A DNA stretch of 64,000 bases from an uncultured Haloferula sp. (lineage in GTDB: Bacteria; Verrucomicrobiota; Verrucomicrobiia; Verrucomicrobiales; Akkermansiaceae), in NCBI GenBank assembly GCA_965652295.1, contig CBFGTS010000003.1:192001-256000 (forward strand), in the 5' to 3' direction. Position 1 is the stretch's first letter. Each line of letters begins with the position of its first letter. The position numbers and the translations under genes were made by a program. Below are positions 31,301 to 40,625 of this stretch, in pieces. The notes under the pieces are model-generated. The model ran no database searches and was not told where the DNA came from. It was given only the letters and a program-made list of their open reading frames with translations.

Positions 31301-32242
31301 ATCGTCAGCACGACCGTGGAAGGGCGGGAGCGCTTCGGCGTGCAGGTCCGCTACGCCCGCGAAGCCCGCGACACGCAGGAGGCGCTCGGTCGGGTGCTCG
31401 TCACCGCCCGCGACGGTGCCCAGGTGCCGCTCTCGCAACTGGCGAAAATCGACTATGTCCGTGGCCCTCAGGTCATCAAAGCGGAGGATACCTTCCTCAC
31501 CGGCTACGTCACTTTCGGCTCGGAGCCAGGCTACGCGGAAGTCGATGTCGTCCAGGCGGCCAAGGATTTCCTCGAACAGGCCGAACGCGACGGACGCCTC
31601 AAACGAACGCCCGGCATCCGCTACGATTTCGCCGGGAACTACGAGTCGGCCCTCGAATTCAACCGCACCCTCTGGACCATGGTGCCCCTCGCCCTCGGCG
31701 CGATCTTCATCCTGCTCTACCTCGACAACCGCTCGGTCACCACGACCCTCATCGTGTTCTCCGGCGTGGCGGTGGCGTGGTCCGGCGGCTTTCTTCTCCT
31801 CTGGCTCTACGGCCGCCCGGACTTCCTGGATATCGAGCTTTTCGGGCACAACCTGCGCCAGCTCTTCCAGGTCTCTCCGATCAATCTCTCGACCGCCGTC
31901 TGGGTCGGCTTTCTCGCCCTCTTCGGCATCGCCACCGACGATGGCGTCGTCATGTCCACCTATCTCCGCCAGCGGTTTGCGGAGCTGAAACCCCAAGGAC
32001 CGCAGGCGATCCGCGCGGCGGTGGTGGAGGCCGGCTGCCGACGTGTGCGGCCCTGTCTGATGACCACCGCGACCACCCTTCTGGCCCTGCTGCCCGTGCT
32101 CACCTCCACCGGCCGCGGGTCCGATCTCATGGCCCCCATGGCCGTGCCGATCTTCGGCGGGATGCTGATCGAGCTGATGACCATGTTCGTGGTCCCTGTT
32201 CTGTTTTCGATGAATCAAGAACGGCAGCACGGAACTCCATGA
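28352..32242 (+). CDS. cusA: CusA/CzcA family heavy-metal RND permease
   Basis: DAIPDL, GPDATGLGQVFWY, AIAIGTVVD, GIATDDGVVM, RVRPCLMT. Confidence 0.92.
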   Translation: MNRLIHFCLHQKLVVLLLLIFFIGWGVRVAPFDWDTGGYPRDPVAVDAIPDLGDNQQIVYTDWPGRSPQDIEDQVTYPLTVALLGVPGVREVRSFSMFGSSYIYLIFEEDVEFYWSRSRVLEKLNSLPAGLLPETVVPTLGPDATGLGQVFWYVLEGRDPEGNPVGGWDPDELRAIQDWQVRYALLASGGVAEVASIGGYQRQYQVDVDPDRLRAHNVTLAQVVDAVRKSNQEIGARNLAVNGVEYFLRGTGYIEDVADIEKAVVAVRGNTAITVKEVAAVTLGPAMRRGALDVNGADATGGVVVARFGANPLATIKATKAKLKDLETSLPVRAVIDWEKVDSEQARDFAQRQGIEPAFDDAGTPDEAAWLDFTRRTPRAEWPDWLTTSKVTVVPFYDRSKLIDETLNTLDEALYQQVLVTILVVIVMVLHLRTSLLISAMLPLAVLITFITMKLAGVDANVVALAGIAIAIGTVVDVGIVLTENILKHLDEADPGESIASVIYRAVTEVASAVTTSVLTTVISFLPVFTMTGEAGRLFKPLAFTKTFALIASIVVALTIIPPVAHLLFGSFPKLFRSRRGLSSGLLAAAGVIAFAFSVLLAVALWVLAAGIAIDPFVRGKVRRGFVLGVNWIAALTVVIFLTIDWMPLGLDRSTLENVFFVVLVVGGLLLAFKGFEVIYPRVLAWCLAHKATFLVLPVGLLVFGLSVLVGFPKLFGFMPRMFGQGIAETRLWQSAAEKIPGLGQEFRPPLDEGSFLYMPTVSPHASIDEAMNFLRQTDAAIAAIPEVERVVGKIGRVDSPLDPAPISMIETVINYVSEYRTDEKGRVLRFRTDDEGNFLYDESGNLIEDRRGQPFRQWRPEIRTPEDIWAKIDEATRIPGITGAPKLQPIETRLVMLRTGMRAPMGLKIKGESLEEIESFGLQVEKLLRSGEVEGLAPATVNADRIVGKPYLEIEPDREAASRYGLNIADIHDTVQTAIGGRIVSTTVEGRERFGVQVRYAREARDTQEALGRVLVTARDGAQVPLSQLAKIDYVRGPQVIKAEDTFLTGYVTFGSEPGYAEVDVVQAAKDFLEQAERDGRLKRTPGIRYDFAGNYESALEFNRTLWTMVPLALGAIFILLYLDNRSVTTTLIVFSGVAVAWSGGFLLLWLYGRPDFLDIELFGHNLRQLFQVSPINLSTAVWVGFLALFGIATDDGVVMSTYLRQRFAELKPQGPQAIRAAVVEAGCRRVRPCLMTTATTLLALLPVLTSTGRGSDLMAPMAVPIFGGMLIELMTMFVVPVLFSMNQERQHGTP

Positions 32243-32398
32243 CGGCGGAACGGTCACACCGCACCGTGCATTGCATCCGTCCAGAACGGGGCCGCATTCT
32301 GCATCGCACCATCCGCGATGTATCCCGCTCGATGCTTGATTCCCCCTGCCTATAGCGTCGGCACATGACATGCGGCAGGGAACCCAACAAACCATCAG

Positions 32399-33151
32399 AT
32401 GAAGAAGCCCGCGAAAATCTACCGCATGGTCACCCCGGACCACCTGTGTCCATGGGGGGTGAAATCGCTCGATCTGTTGAAGCGGCACGGCTATGCCCCC
32501 GAGGATCATCATCTGGAGAGCAAGGAAGCCAACAAGGCCTACAAGGAAGAGCATGGCTTCGAGGAGACCCCGCAGATCTGGATCGAGGGCGAACACATTG
32601 GGGGCTATGACCAGCTGAGGGGGTTTCTGAACCTCGATCCGGACCCGAAGGAAGGCAAAACCTACCAGCCCGTCGTCGCGGTTTTCGTCGTGGCCTTGCT
32701 GATGGCGATGACCACCTGCTGGGCGATCCGGGGCGAACTCGCCCTCGTCCGCATCCTTGAGCTTTTCATCGCCTTCAGCATGTGTGTCCTCGGCATCCTC
32801 AAACTCCAGGACCTGCGGTCGTTCGCCACCGGCTTCGTCCAATACGATCTGGTCGCCCGCCACTACGTCCCCTATGCCTACCTCTACGCGTTCGTGGAAG
32901 CGGGTGGCGGCATCCTGATGATCGCAGGTCTTTTCACCTGGGTCGTCGCACCTGCCGTGCTCATTGCCAGCACGATTGGAGCCGTCTCCATCATCAAGGC
33001 GGTCTACGTCGAGCACCGCGACCTCAACTGCGCCTGCGTCGGGGGAGGTAGCAGCGTTCCCCTGGGCTTCGTTTCGCTGAGCGAAAACCTCCTCATGATT
33101 GCCATGGCCGTGTGGATGCTCATCAAGCGCGGCGTCCTCGGCGGAATTTGA
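32399..33151 (+). CDS. Glutaredoxin-MauE/DoxX fusion membrane protein
   Basis: CPWG...TPQIWIEGEHIGGYD, then TM helices with CACVGG. Confidence 0.85.
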   Translation: MKKPAKIYRMVTPDHLCPWGVKSLDLLKRHGYAPEDHHLESKEANKAYKEEHGFEETPQIWIEGEHIGGYDQLRGFLNLDPDPKEGKTYQPVVAVFVVALLMAMTTCWAIRGELALVRILELFIAFSMCVLGILKLQDLRSFATGFVQYDLVARHYVPYAYLYAFVEAGGGILMIAGLFTWVVAPAVLIASTIGAVSIIKAVYVEHRDLNCACVGGGSSVPLGFVSLSENLLMIAMAVWMLIKRGVLGGI

Positions 33152-33602
33152 AAAGAGGGGGGGTGACTCCGGCCCGGGTCCCGCAGGGGGAGGCGCGACC
33201 GAACCGGAGTCTCTCCGGGGAGAAGCCAACGGGCGATCGGGGGGAATCTTCCGCCAGCCAATGCCATCATCGCTGAAACGACGCCTTCCACCATTCCGGG
33301 ATCGCGCACCCGCAGACAGGGAGGGAGCCGAGGCAGATTCGGGATCGCTTCCCCTCCCCTCCACCCCACGCGATCACGGAAGTTCCAATCTACCACAATG
33401 ATGTATCTCTAACCACGGACAGGGGAGCACCTCTCCTGACTAACAGAGACCGACCAGGCGTCTGAGCGACGTTTCGAGATCTGGGGGGATTTAGAAACTT
33501 GCGAGCTTTGGTTGATGCACTGAGGGGCGCGGTGAGCTGGGGGCTCGCCACGCCCCTTCTGCTTTCTGCTTCGCCCCGAGGATGATCGAGCCAAGGAAAT
33601 CC

Positions 33603-33959
33603 AACCGCAGATGAACGCGGATGGACGCAGATTTCAGAGAGCCGCCACCGGCCGCCGAGAGAAAAGGATGACCTCCAGGCCGATCAGGACGAATTCCGAT
33701 CCAGAGCTCGGCCATTGGGGCGCGAGCCGGGCCCTGCTTGGAACCAAAGGGTTCTCGGGACCAGGATGGATGGGATGAATAGGATAAAAATGGAGGGGAG
33801 TCGCATCCGGCAGCCTCAAAATATCCCATCCATCCTATCCATCCTGGTCCACCAACAGCCAGTGGTCCTCGTTTTCTCCCTACCGTAGGAGCCCTGAATC
33901 CCGATCTCCTCCGATTCAATTGACCCCACCTCCCTCTGCATCTGCGTTCATCCGCGGTT
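33603..33959. repeat. Nested inverted repeats with 9-nt periodicity
   Basis: Outer arms 33603-33622 and 33940-33959 (18/20); inner arms 33758-33786 and 33822-33850 (26/29). Confidence 0.75.
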
Positions 33960-34013
33960 CATTCCCTGCTCGCTCGCTCCCTGGCTTGAGTGCCCCGGTA
34001 TCGCCCCGCGCTT

Positions 34014-35381
34014 TCAGAACTCGCAATGGCCCGGGGTGCGGACAAAGGGAACGACATCGCGGATGTTCTGCATGCCGGTGACGAACATCAGCAGCCGCTC
34101 GAAACCCATGCCGAAGCCGGCGTGCGGGATGCTGCCGTACTTCCGGGTATCGACGTACCAACCGTAATCTTCCGTGGAAAGCCCGTGCCGCTCCATGTTT
34201 GCCAGCAGCACATCGAGCCGCTCCTCGCGCTGGCTGCCGCCGACGATTTCACCGATCCCGGGGACGAGCAGATCCATGGCGGTCACGGTCTTTTCGTCGT
34301 CGTTGAGCCGCATGTAGAACGGTTTGATCTCCTTCGGGTAGTTGAAGACCGTGACGGGGCGTTTGAAATGCTCCTCGGTGAGCCAACGCTCGTGCTCGCT
34401 CTGGAGGTTGTGGCCGTATTCGACCGGATACTCGAAGCTCTTCCCCGACTTCTGCAACACCTCGACGGCATCGGTGTAGGAGATCCGCTGGAACGGGTTC
34501 GACACCACGAACTCAAGGCGCTCGCGTAGGCACTTATCGACGAATTTCTCGAAGATCGCGAGGTCGCCGTCCTGCTTTTCCAATGCCTCGACGACGAGGT
34601 ATTTCACCATCTCCTCGGCCAGGTCCATGTCGCCCTCCAGATCGCAGAAAGCCATCTCCGGCTCGATCATCCAGAACTCCGCCGCGTGACGCGAAGTGTT
34701 CGAGTTTTCCGCCCGGAAGGTGGGACCGAAGGTGTAGATGCGCCCCAGGGCGCAGGCGAAAGCCTCGCCCTCAAGCTGGCCGGAGACAGTGAGGTGCGCG
34801 GCTTTCTCGAAGAAGTCGTCTTCGAATTTCTGCTTCGCCCCGGAGGTCGGGTCGAGCGTCGTTACCCGGAACATCTCCCCCGCCCCTTCGCAGTCGCTGG
34901 CGGTGATGATCGGCGTGTGGATGTGATGAAACGCCCGTTCCTCGAAAAAGCGATGCACGGCGTGGCTCATCCGGCTGCGGATACGGAACATGGCACCATA
35001 GAGGTTGGTGCGCGGCCGGAGGTGGGCGATGGAGCGGAGAAATTCGGGCGAGTGACCCTTTTTCTGCAGCGGATAGTCCTCCGGGGCTTCGCCGAGCAGA
35101 CGGATCGAGGAAGCGTGCAGCTCCCACGCCTGCCCCCCGCCCTGGGAGGAAACCAACCGGCCCGCGAGCTGGACGGACGAACCGGTGGTCATCTTCGGCA
35201 GGTCGACGGAGCCGGGCACGCCATGATCCACCACGACCTGCAGGGACCCCAGACAAGAGCCATCGTTGATTTCCAGAAACGAGAAGGTCTTCGAATCCCG
35301 CCGGGTGCGAACCCAGCCCGCGGCGATGATGTCGGCGGCGGGCGCGGTGGCGGAAATCAAATCGCGGATGAGCGAGCGCAT
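34014..35381 (-). CDS. asnS: Asparagine--tRNA ligase
   Basis: [42 protein letters not shown]. Confidence 0.97.
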   Translation of the reverse strand: MRSLIRDLISATAPAADIIAAGWVRTRRDSKTFSFLEINDGSCLGSLQVVVDHGVPGSVDLPKMTTGSSVQLAGRLVSSQGGGQAWELHASSIRLLGEAPEDYPLQKKGHSPEFLRSIAHLRPRTNLYGAMFRIRSRMSHAVHRFFEERAFHHIHTPIITASDCEGAGEMFRVTTLDPTSGAKQKFEDDFFEKAAHLTVSGQLEGEAFACALGRIYTFGPTFRAENSNTSRHAAEFWMIEPEMAFCDLEGDMDLAEEMVKYLVVEALEKQDGDLAIFEKFVDKCLRERLEFVVSNPFQRISYTDAVEVLQKSGKSFEYPVEYGHNLQSEHERWLTEEHFKRPVTVFNYPKEIKPFYMRLNDDEKTVTAMDLLVPGIGEIVGGSQREERLDVLLANMERHGLSTEDYGWYVDTRKYGSIPHAGFGMGFERLLMFVTGMQNIRDVVPFVRTPGHCEF

Positions 35382-35420
35382 GCCTTCTCCCTAGCAAGGA
35401 CTCACCCGACGGCAAGTTCC

Positions 35421-36521
35421 CTACCTCACCGAGCCCAGGTATTCCTGCGGTTTCCCGGGGTTGCCGATCAGTCGCGGGCGATCCTCCCAGCCCTCCTGAT
35501 CACCCCAAATCCGCCGCCACAGCCGCGCCATCATGGCTTTCGTGTCGCGTTCCCGTTTGCCGGTCTGTTTCATCGGATCGCCCTTGGTCTCCTTGCGCAG
35601 GTCCCAGGCGAAGACCGGCCGCAGCTCCAGGCCGCGGTCATCCCACTCCCGGTATTCACCGAAGCGCAGGTCCACCATCCAGATCCCCGCGGCCCGGTCG
35701 CGAGCAAGGCACCAGTCCTTGGAAAACCAGCGCACCGTCCGCACTTCCGGCCGGTCCGACCAGGCATCCAGCGCCGCTTCGCCTTTCGGGAAAATCGTCC
35801 ACTGCACCGGCTTGTCACCATCGAAGAGCGAGCGGTAGCCGACCCAGAATTCGTCGTCGCGCTCGATCACGATCCGCCACAGCAGGATCGAGAACGGTGC
35901 CGGTGCCTCCATTTTCCGGTCCCACGAAATCCCGCGCCGACCGAGATCGGCGATCGCCGTCCGCGAGACGGACGACTTCGCCCAGAAGCTCAACCCGACA
36001 TACGCACAACTGATCGCCACACACACCGCCGTCATGCGCAGACCCTCGCCCTTCTTCCAGCGCTTCGCTTCGATGAACAACCCCCACACCACCGCCACCA
36101 GCAGCGGCAAGGTGAAGACGGGATCGATGATGAACAGATTGTCGAACGACACCGGATGCATCGAAAACGGCCAGAAAACCTGCGTGCCATAAACCGTGAA
36201 GCAGTCGATCAGCACGTGGGTCGCCAGTGCCAGGAAGACGAACCACCCGGCGCGCGCCGGCGTCACTTTCAGCTTCTTCCAGCGCTTCGCCAGCGGCTTG
36301 GCGAGCAGCCACGAGGCCGCCACCATCAGCAGCAGCGAGTGGGAAAATCCCCGGTGAATGCGCAGATCCCAGATCGTGTCGAGGAATGGGAGCAGCACGG
36401 CATCGAGATCCGGAAGCGTCCCGAAAAGCGCGCCCCACCCGATCGCCGGGCGGCCGAGCTGCTTCCCGAGCACCAAGGCTCCGACCGTGGCCCCGAGAGC
36501 CGCCTGGGTAATGGAATCCAC
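35421..36521 (-). CDS. Metal-dependent hydrolase, YdjM-like inner membrane family
   Basis: DSITQAALG, LPDLD, HRGFSHS, HVLIDCFTVYGT, DLRFG. Confidence 0.88.
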   Translation of the reverse strand: MDSITQAALGATVGALVLGKQLGRPAIGWGALFGTLPDLDAVLLPFLDTIWDLRIHRGFSHSLLLMVAASWLLAKPLAKRWKKLKVTPARAGWFVFLALATHVLIDCFTVYGTQVFWPFSMHPVSFDNLFIIDPVFTLPLLVAVVWGLFIEAKRWKKGEGLRMTAVCVAISCAYVGLSFWAKSSVSRTAIADLGRRGISWDRKMEAPAPFSILLWRIVIERDDEFWVGYRSLFDGDKPVQWTIFPKGEAALDAWSDRPEVRTVRWFSKDWCLARDRAAGIWMVDLRFGEYREWDDRGLELRPVFAWDLRKETKGDPMKQTGKRERDTKAMMARLWRRIWGDQEGWEDRPRLIGNPGKPQEYLGSVR

Positions 36522-36800
36522 GGCGACGAATCTGGGCACCCCAGCAGCCAGGCCAAGGTGAAAAGCGGGATGAGAGGTTTCCCACCTCCGTGGCCTCCGT
36601 TCTCCTCAGTTCCTCCGTGCCCGGAAGAATGCCTGTCCGACCGAAAACCACCTCGAACAAGCCTCCCCTCGCCACTTTTTCCCTTTTCCTCATCACTCGC
36701 CACTCCTGCCGGGCGCCCGCCCAACCTTTCCCGGGCTTGATCGCCCTGCGGAGAAACCCCCGGCTTGAAACTTCAAACCGGAAACTTGAAGCTCCCCTCC

Positions 36801-37292
36801 ATGCGCACCGCGGTCTACGCCGGTTCCTTCGATCCCCCCACCACCGGTCACCTGTGGATGATCGAACGCGGCCTCGAACTCTTCGACCGTCTCATCGTGG
36901 CCATCGGTGACAATCCGTCGAAGTCCTACACCTTCTCCATCGACGAGCGCCTGCGCCTGCTCGAAGCCTCCATCCCCAGCTGCGAGCGCCTCACCATCGC
37001 CCATTTCCACAACCGCTACCTCGTCGATTACGCCCGGGAAATGGGTGCCAGCTTCATCCTCCGCGGCATCCGTTCGCCCGACGACTACGAGTACGAGCGC
37101 GTCATGCGCCACATCAACTCCGACCTCGCGCCGCGCATCACCACCACCTTCCTGATGCCGCCGCGCGACATCGCCGAGGTCTCCTCCAGCATGATCAAGG
37201 GGCTCATCGGTCCCGACGGCTGGCAGGAAACCGTCCGCCGCTACGTCCCCGCCGCCGTCTTCGACGCTCTGGAGGCAAGGCTGCCGGAGTGA
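36801..37292 (+). CDS. coaD: Pantetheine-phosphate adenylyltransferase
   Basis: [16 protein letters not shown]...[12 protein letters not shown]. Confidence 0.95.
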   Translation: MRTAVYAGSFDPPTTGHLWMIERGLELFDRLIVAIGDNPSKSYTFSIDERLRLLEASIPSCERLTIAHFHNRYLVDYAREMGASFILRGIRSPDDYEYERVMRHINSDLAPRITTTFLMPPRDIAEVSSSMIKGLIGPDGWQETVRRYVPAAVFDALEARLPE

Positions 37293-37505
37293 GGGAACCC
37301 GTGGCTGCGGGGTCCCGCCGCAGGCCGTGGCGGAAGCGTCCCGCTTCCCCGCTTTCACGCGCACTTGGCCGCCTTCCAGGATCTCTCGTCCTCAATCCCC
37401 CCGATCCCGTCCATCCTGATCCCGCGTCCTTCGGGGCCGTCTTCCGCTCCCCGCCGAAGAGTTTCTGAAACGCCTGCCAGCGACTGACACTATCTCGCTT
37501 TGTTC

Positions 37506-37525
37506 ATTTCGCGAAATAGCGAAAT
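37506..37525. promoter_or_regulatory. Probable ArsR operator
   Basis: ATTTCGC-N6-GCGAAAT inverted repeat 9 nt before the arsR start. Confidence 0.65.
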
Positions 37526-37534
37526 ACTACACCC

Positions 37535-37831
37535 ATGACCGTCACCCGCACCCCCGCCGCGGAAGTCTTCAAGGCTCTCGGCCACCCCGCCCGGATCGAT
37601 ATGGTGCGTCACCTGATCCCCGGCGAGCGCTGCGTGTGCGAGCTGGTCGAAGTGGCCGGCTTGGGCTGGTCCACGGTTTCCCGCCACCTCGGGGTGCTGC
37701 GCGCCGCCGGTGTGGTCAGCGATGAAAAGCGGGGCCAACAGGTTTTCTACCGCCTCGCCCTGCCCTGTGTGGCCGGCTTTCTCACCTGCCTGGAGAACTC
37801 CGAGACCCCCTCTTGCAGCGGGAACCCCTGA
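37535..37831 (+). CDS. arsR: ArsR/SmtB family repressor
   Basis: FKALGHPAR, ERCVCEL, STVSRHL. Confidence 0.9.
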   Translation: MTVTRTPAAEVFKALGHPARIDMVRHLIPGERCVCELVEVAGLGWSTVSRHLGVLRAAGVVSDEKRGQQVFYRLALPCVAGFLTCLENSETPSCSGNP

Positions 37832-37832
37832 A

Positions 37833-39116
37833 ATGAAGGAGGAATGGAAACGCTTTGCCTGGCTGGCACTCGCCTTCGCAGGCCTCTACTTCCTCCCCAT
37901 CGGGCATGACCGGTTCGATGCCGCGCTGTTCGAGGGGCTTGAACTGGCGAAATGGTACGCCCGCGAGCACGTGATCCTCTGCCTGCTGCCCGCGTTCTGG
38001 ATCGCCGGAGCCATCGCGGCGTTCTTTTCCCAAGCCTCGGTGATGAAATACCTCGGCCCGGACGCACCCAAGGCCGCCTCGTACGGCGTCGCCTCGGTCT
38101 CCGGCACCATCCTCGCCGTCTGCTCGTGCACCGTGCTGCCCCTGTTCGCCGGCATCTACCGCATGGGTGCCGGACTCGGACCGGCAACGGCTTTCCTCTA
38201 CTCCGGACCGGCGATCAACGCCCTCGCCATCATCCTCACCGCCCGCGTCCTCGGCTGGGAGATCGGGCTCGCCCGGGCGATCGGCGCGGTCGTCTTCGCG
38301 TTGGCGATCGGCGTCGCGATGGCCTCGATCTTCCGGCGCGATGAGCAGGAGCAGGGACGCAAGGCAGCGGCCCTGCCGGCGGCGGACGACGAAGGCCAGT
38401 CCGGCAAACGCACCGCCGCGTTCTTCGCCGTGCTGGTGGGCATTCTCGTCTTCGCCAACTGGGGCGAGGGCGACGGAGCGTTTGGCGCAATCCACTCGGT
38501 GAAATGGCCCCTGACTGCGGCCTTGGGGGCGGTGCTCGCCGTCATGCTGCGGGCCTGGCATCAGCTGCCCGTCTGGAAGATCCTGATCGTGGTGGCGTTC
38601 ACCGCAACGGCTGCCCTGGCCTGGAGTCCGGCGGCGGCGGTGCTGGTTGCCTCCCTCGGACTCGCTTGGATCACGGCCGGGCGCAAGGACGCCAGCGGCC
38701 AGTGGTTTGCCGAAAGCTGGGCGAACGCGAAACTGATCCTGCCTCTGCTGCTGGCCGGGGTCTTCGTCGCCGGAATCCTGCTGGGACGTCCCGGTCACGA
38801 GGGACTGATCCCCGGAGAATGGATCACCCGCCTGGTGGGCGGAAACTCCTTCGGTGCCAATCTCTTCGCCTCCGTCGCGGGAGCCTTCATGTATTTCGCC
38901 ACCCTCACCGAGGTGCCGATCCTCCAAGGCCTGATCGGCAACGGCATGGGCCGGGGCCCGGCGCTCGCCCTGCTGCTGGCCGGCCCGGCGCTCAGTCTGC
39001 CGAGCATGCTCGTCATCGCCTCCGTGATCGGCCCGCGCAAGACCGCCACCTACGTGGTCCTGGTGGTCACCGGTGCCACCTTCACCGGCTGGATCTTCGG
39101 CATGATCGCCGGATGA
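37833..39116 (+). CDS. ArsP/DUF318 family permease
   Basis: EHVILCLLPAF, AVCSCTVLPLF, FLYSGPAIN, MYFATLTEVP, GPALSLP. Confidence 0.88.
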   Translation: MKEEWKRFAWLALAFAGLYFLPIGHDRFDAALFEGLELAKWYAREHVILCLLPAFWIAGAIAAFFSQASVMKYLGPDAPKAASYGVASVSGTILAVCSCTVLPLFAGIYRMGAGLGPATAFLYSGPAINALAIILTARVLGWEIGLARAIGAVVFALAIGVAMASIFRRDEQEQGRKAAALPAADDEGQSGKRTAAFFAVLVGILVFANWGEGDGAFGAIHSVKWPLTAALGAVLAVMLRAWHQLPVWKILIVVAFTATAALAWSPAAAVLVASLGLAWITAGRKDASGQWFAESWANAKLILPLLLAGVFVAGILLGRPGHEGLIPGEWITRLVGGNSFGANLFASVAGAFMYFATLTEVPILQGLIGNGMGRGPALALLLAGPALSLPSMLVIASVIGPRKTATYVVLVVTGATFTGWIFGMIAG

Positions 39117-39145
39117 CCCGTGTTTTCCCCACCCGACCCGAACCT

Positions 39146-39394
39146 ATGAAGAAACTGCAAATCCTCGGAACCGGCTGCGCCAAGTGCAACCAGCTCACCG
39201 ATGCCACCCGCCAAGCCGCTGACGCCTGTGGCATTGATTACGAAATCGAGAAAATCACCGATTTCCTCCGTTTCGCCGACTTCGGCGTGATGATCACCCC
39301 GGCGCTGATCGTCGACGGTCAGGTGAAGGTTTCCGGCAAGGTGCCTTCCATGGAAGAACTCCGATCCATGATCGGGGAAAACGCTTCGTCATGA
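39146..39394 (+). CDS. Small redox-active disulfide protein (MTH895/ArsE-like thioredoxin)
   Basis: ILGTGCAKC...GVMITPALIVDG...GKVPS. Confidence 0.9.
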   Translation: MKKLQILGTGCAKCNQLTDATRQAADACGIDYEIEKITDFLRFADFGVMITPALIVDGQVKVSGKVPSMEELRSMIGENASS

Positions 39395-39846
39395 AATCCA
39401 AGCTCGTCATCCGGCTTGTCCTACTGGGGCTGGTGGCCATCGGCATCGGCCGCTGGGCATGGACGGAATTCGGTCCCTCCACGCCCGTCCGCGCGGCAAT
39501 CGTGCGACCCGACGGCGTCACCGTGATCTCGCTCCACGGCGACAAACGCTGCCGAACCTGTCTCCGCATCAGCGAACTCGCCGAGGACGAGATCCGCCAA
39601 CGATTCGCGACCGAGATCCGGGAGGGCCGCCTGTATTGGGAGAGCGTCAACTATCAGACTCCCGGGAACGAGGACCTCGTCCCCCACTATGAAATCGTCA
39701 GCTCGACCCTGGTCGTGAGCCGCTGGCAGAACGGCGAGGAAACGGGGTGGCAACGCCTCGATGAGGTCTGGGACCTCGTCGGCGACGAAGCAAGCTACCG
39801 GGACTTCATCGCCGCCCGGGTCGCCACCGCCCTGGATCCTCCATGA
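39391..39846 (+). CDS. ArsF-like membrane-anchored thioredoxin-fold protein
   Basis: HGDKRCRTC...YEIVSSTLVV...LDEVW. Confidence 0.75.
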   Translation: MKSKLVIRLVLLGLVAIGIGRWAWTEFGPSTPVRAAIVRPDGVTVISLHGDKRCRTCLRISELAEDEIRQRFATEIREGRLYWESVNYQTPGNEDLVPHYEIVSSTLVVSRWQNGEETGWQRLDEVWDLVGDEASYRDFIAARVATALDPP

Positions 39847-40535
39847 CGCCGGAAGCCTCCATCTGGATCGCGGGCGGGGCGGCGCTGTGGCTGGGCCTGC
39901 TCACCGCTGTGAGCCCCTGCCCGATGGCCACCAACGTCGCCGCCATCAGCTACATGGTGCGCGACAGCCGTTCGCCGCTCCGCACCCTTGCCGCCGGCGG
40001 GCTTTACTCGCTGGGACGCATGGCGGCCTACACCGCCGTGGGGGCGCTCATCGGCGGCGGGCTGCTCTCGGCTCCCGCCCTCGCCTCGCTGCTGCAGCGC
40101 CACCTCGGCCAGCTCATGGGCCCGCTGCTGATCCTCACCGGTATGGTGCTCCTCGGACTCTTCCCCGGCCTCCCGGCGATCGGGATGCGGGATGGCCCGC
40201 TCGCCCGTCGCCTCGCCCGCGCCGGGCGGCTCGGTGCCGCCCCTCTGGGTTTCCTTTTCGCCCTCGCCTTCTGCCCGGTCTCCGCCGCGCTCTTCTTCGG
40301 CAGCCTCCTGCCCCTCGCCCTCCGGCACCAATCCCTCTGGGTCCTGCCCGGCGCCTTCGGCCTCGGCTCCGCCGCCCCGGTGGTGCTCTTCGTGTTCCTT
40401 CTGGCCTTCGCCCGCCAAGCCGCGGCGACGAGTCTCGAACGCCTCAAGACGGTCGACCGCTGGCTCCTTCCGCTCACCGGCTGGGTGCTCGTCGCCATCG
40501 GTGCCGGCATGACCCTCCTCCACCTCGGGAAATGA
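39843..40535 (+). CDS. ArsG/CcdA-like membrane protein
   Basis: LTAVSPCPMATN and FALAFCPVSAALFFG. Confidence 0.8.
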   Translation: MTPEASIWIAGGAALWLGLLTAVSPCPMATNVAAISYMVRDSRSPLRTLAAGGLYSLGRMAAYTAVGALIGGGLLSAPALASLLQRHLGQLMGPLLILTGMVLLGLFPGLPAIGMRDGPLARRLARAGRLGAAPLGFLFALAFCPVSAALFFGSLLPLALRHQSLWVLPGAFGLGSAAPVVLFVFLLAFARQAAATSLERLKTVDRWLLPLTGWVLVAIGAGMTLLHLGK

Positions 40536-40625
40536 GCGGAACCCGGAGGTGACACGCTCACTTCACCCCCCAAGGGCCTTTTTTCTCGCCCGTGAGGGCG
40601 GTTTGTGACGGGTTCGTCGCAATCC

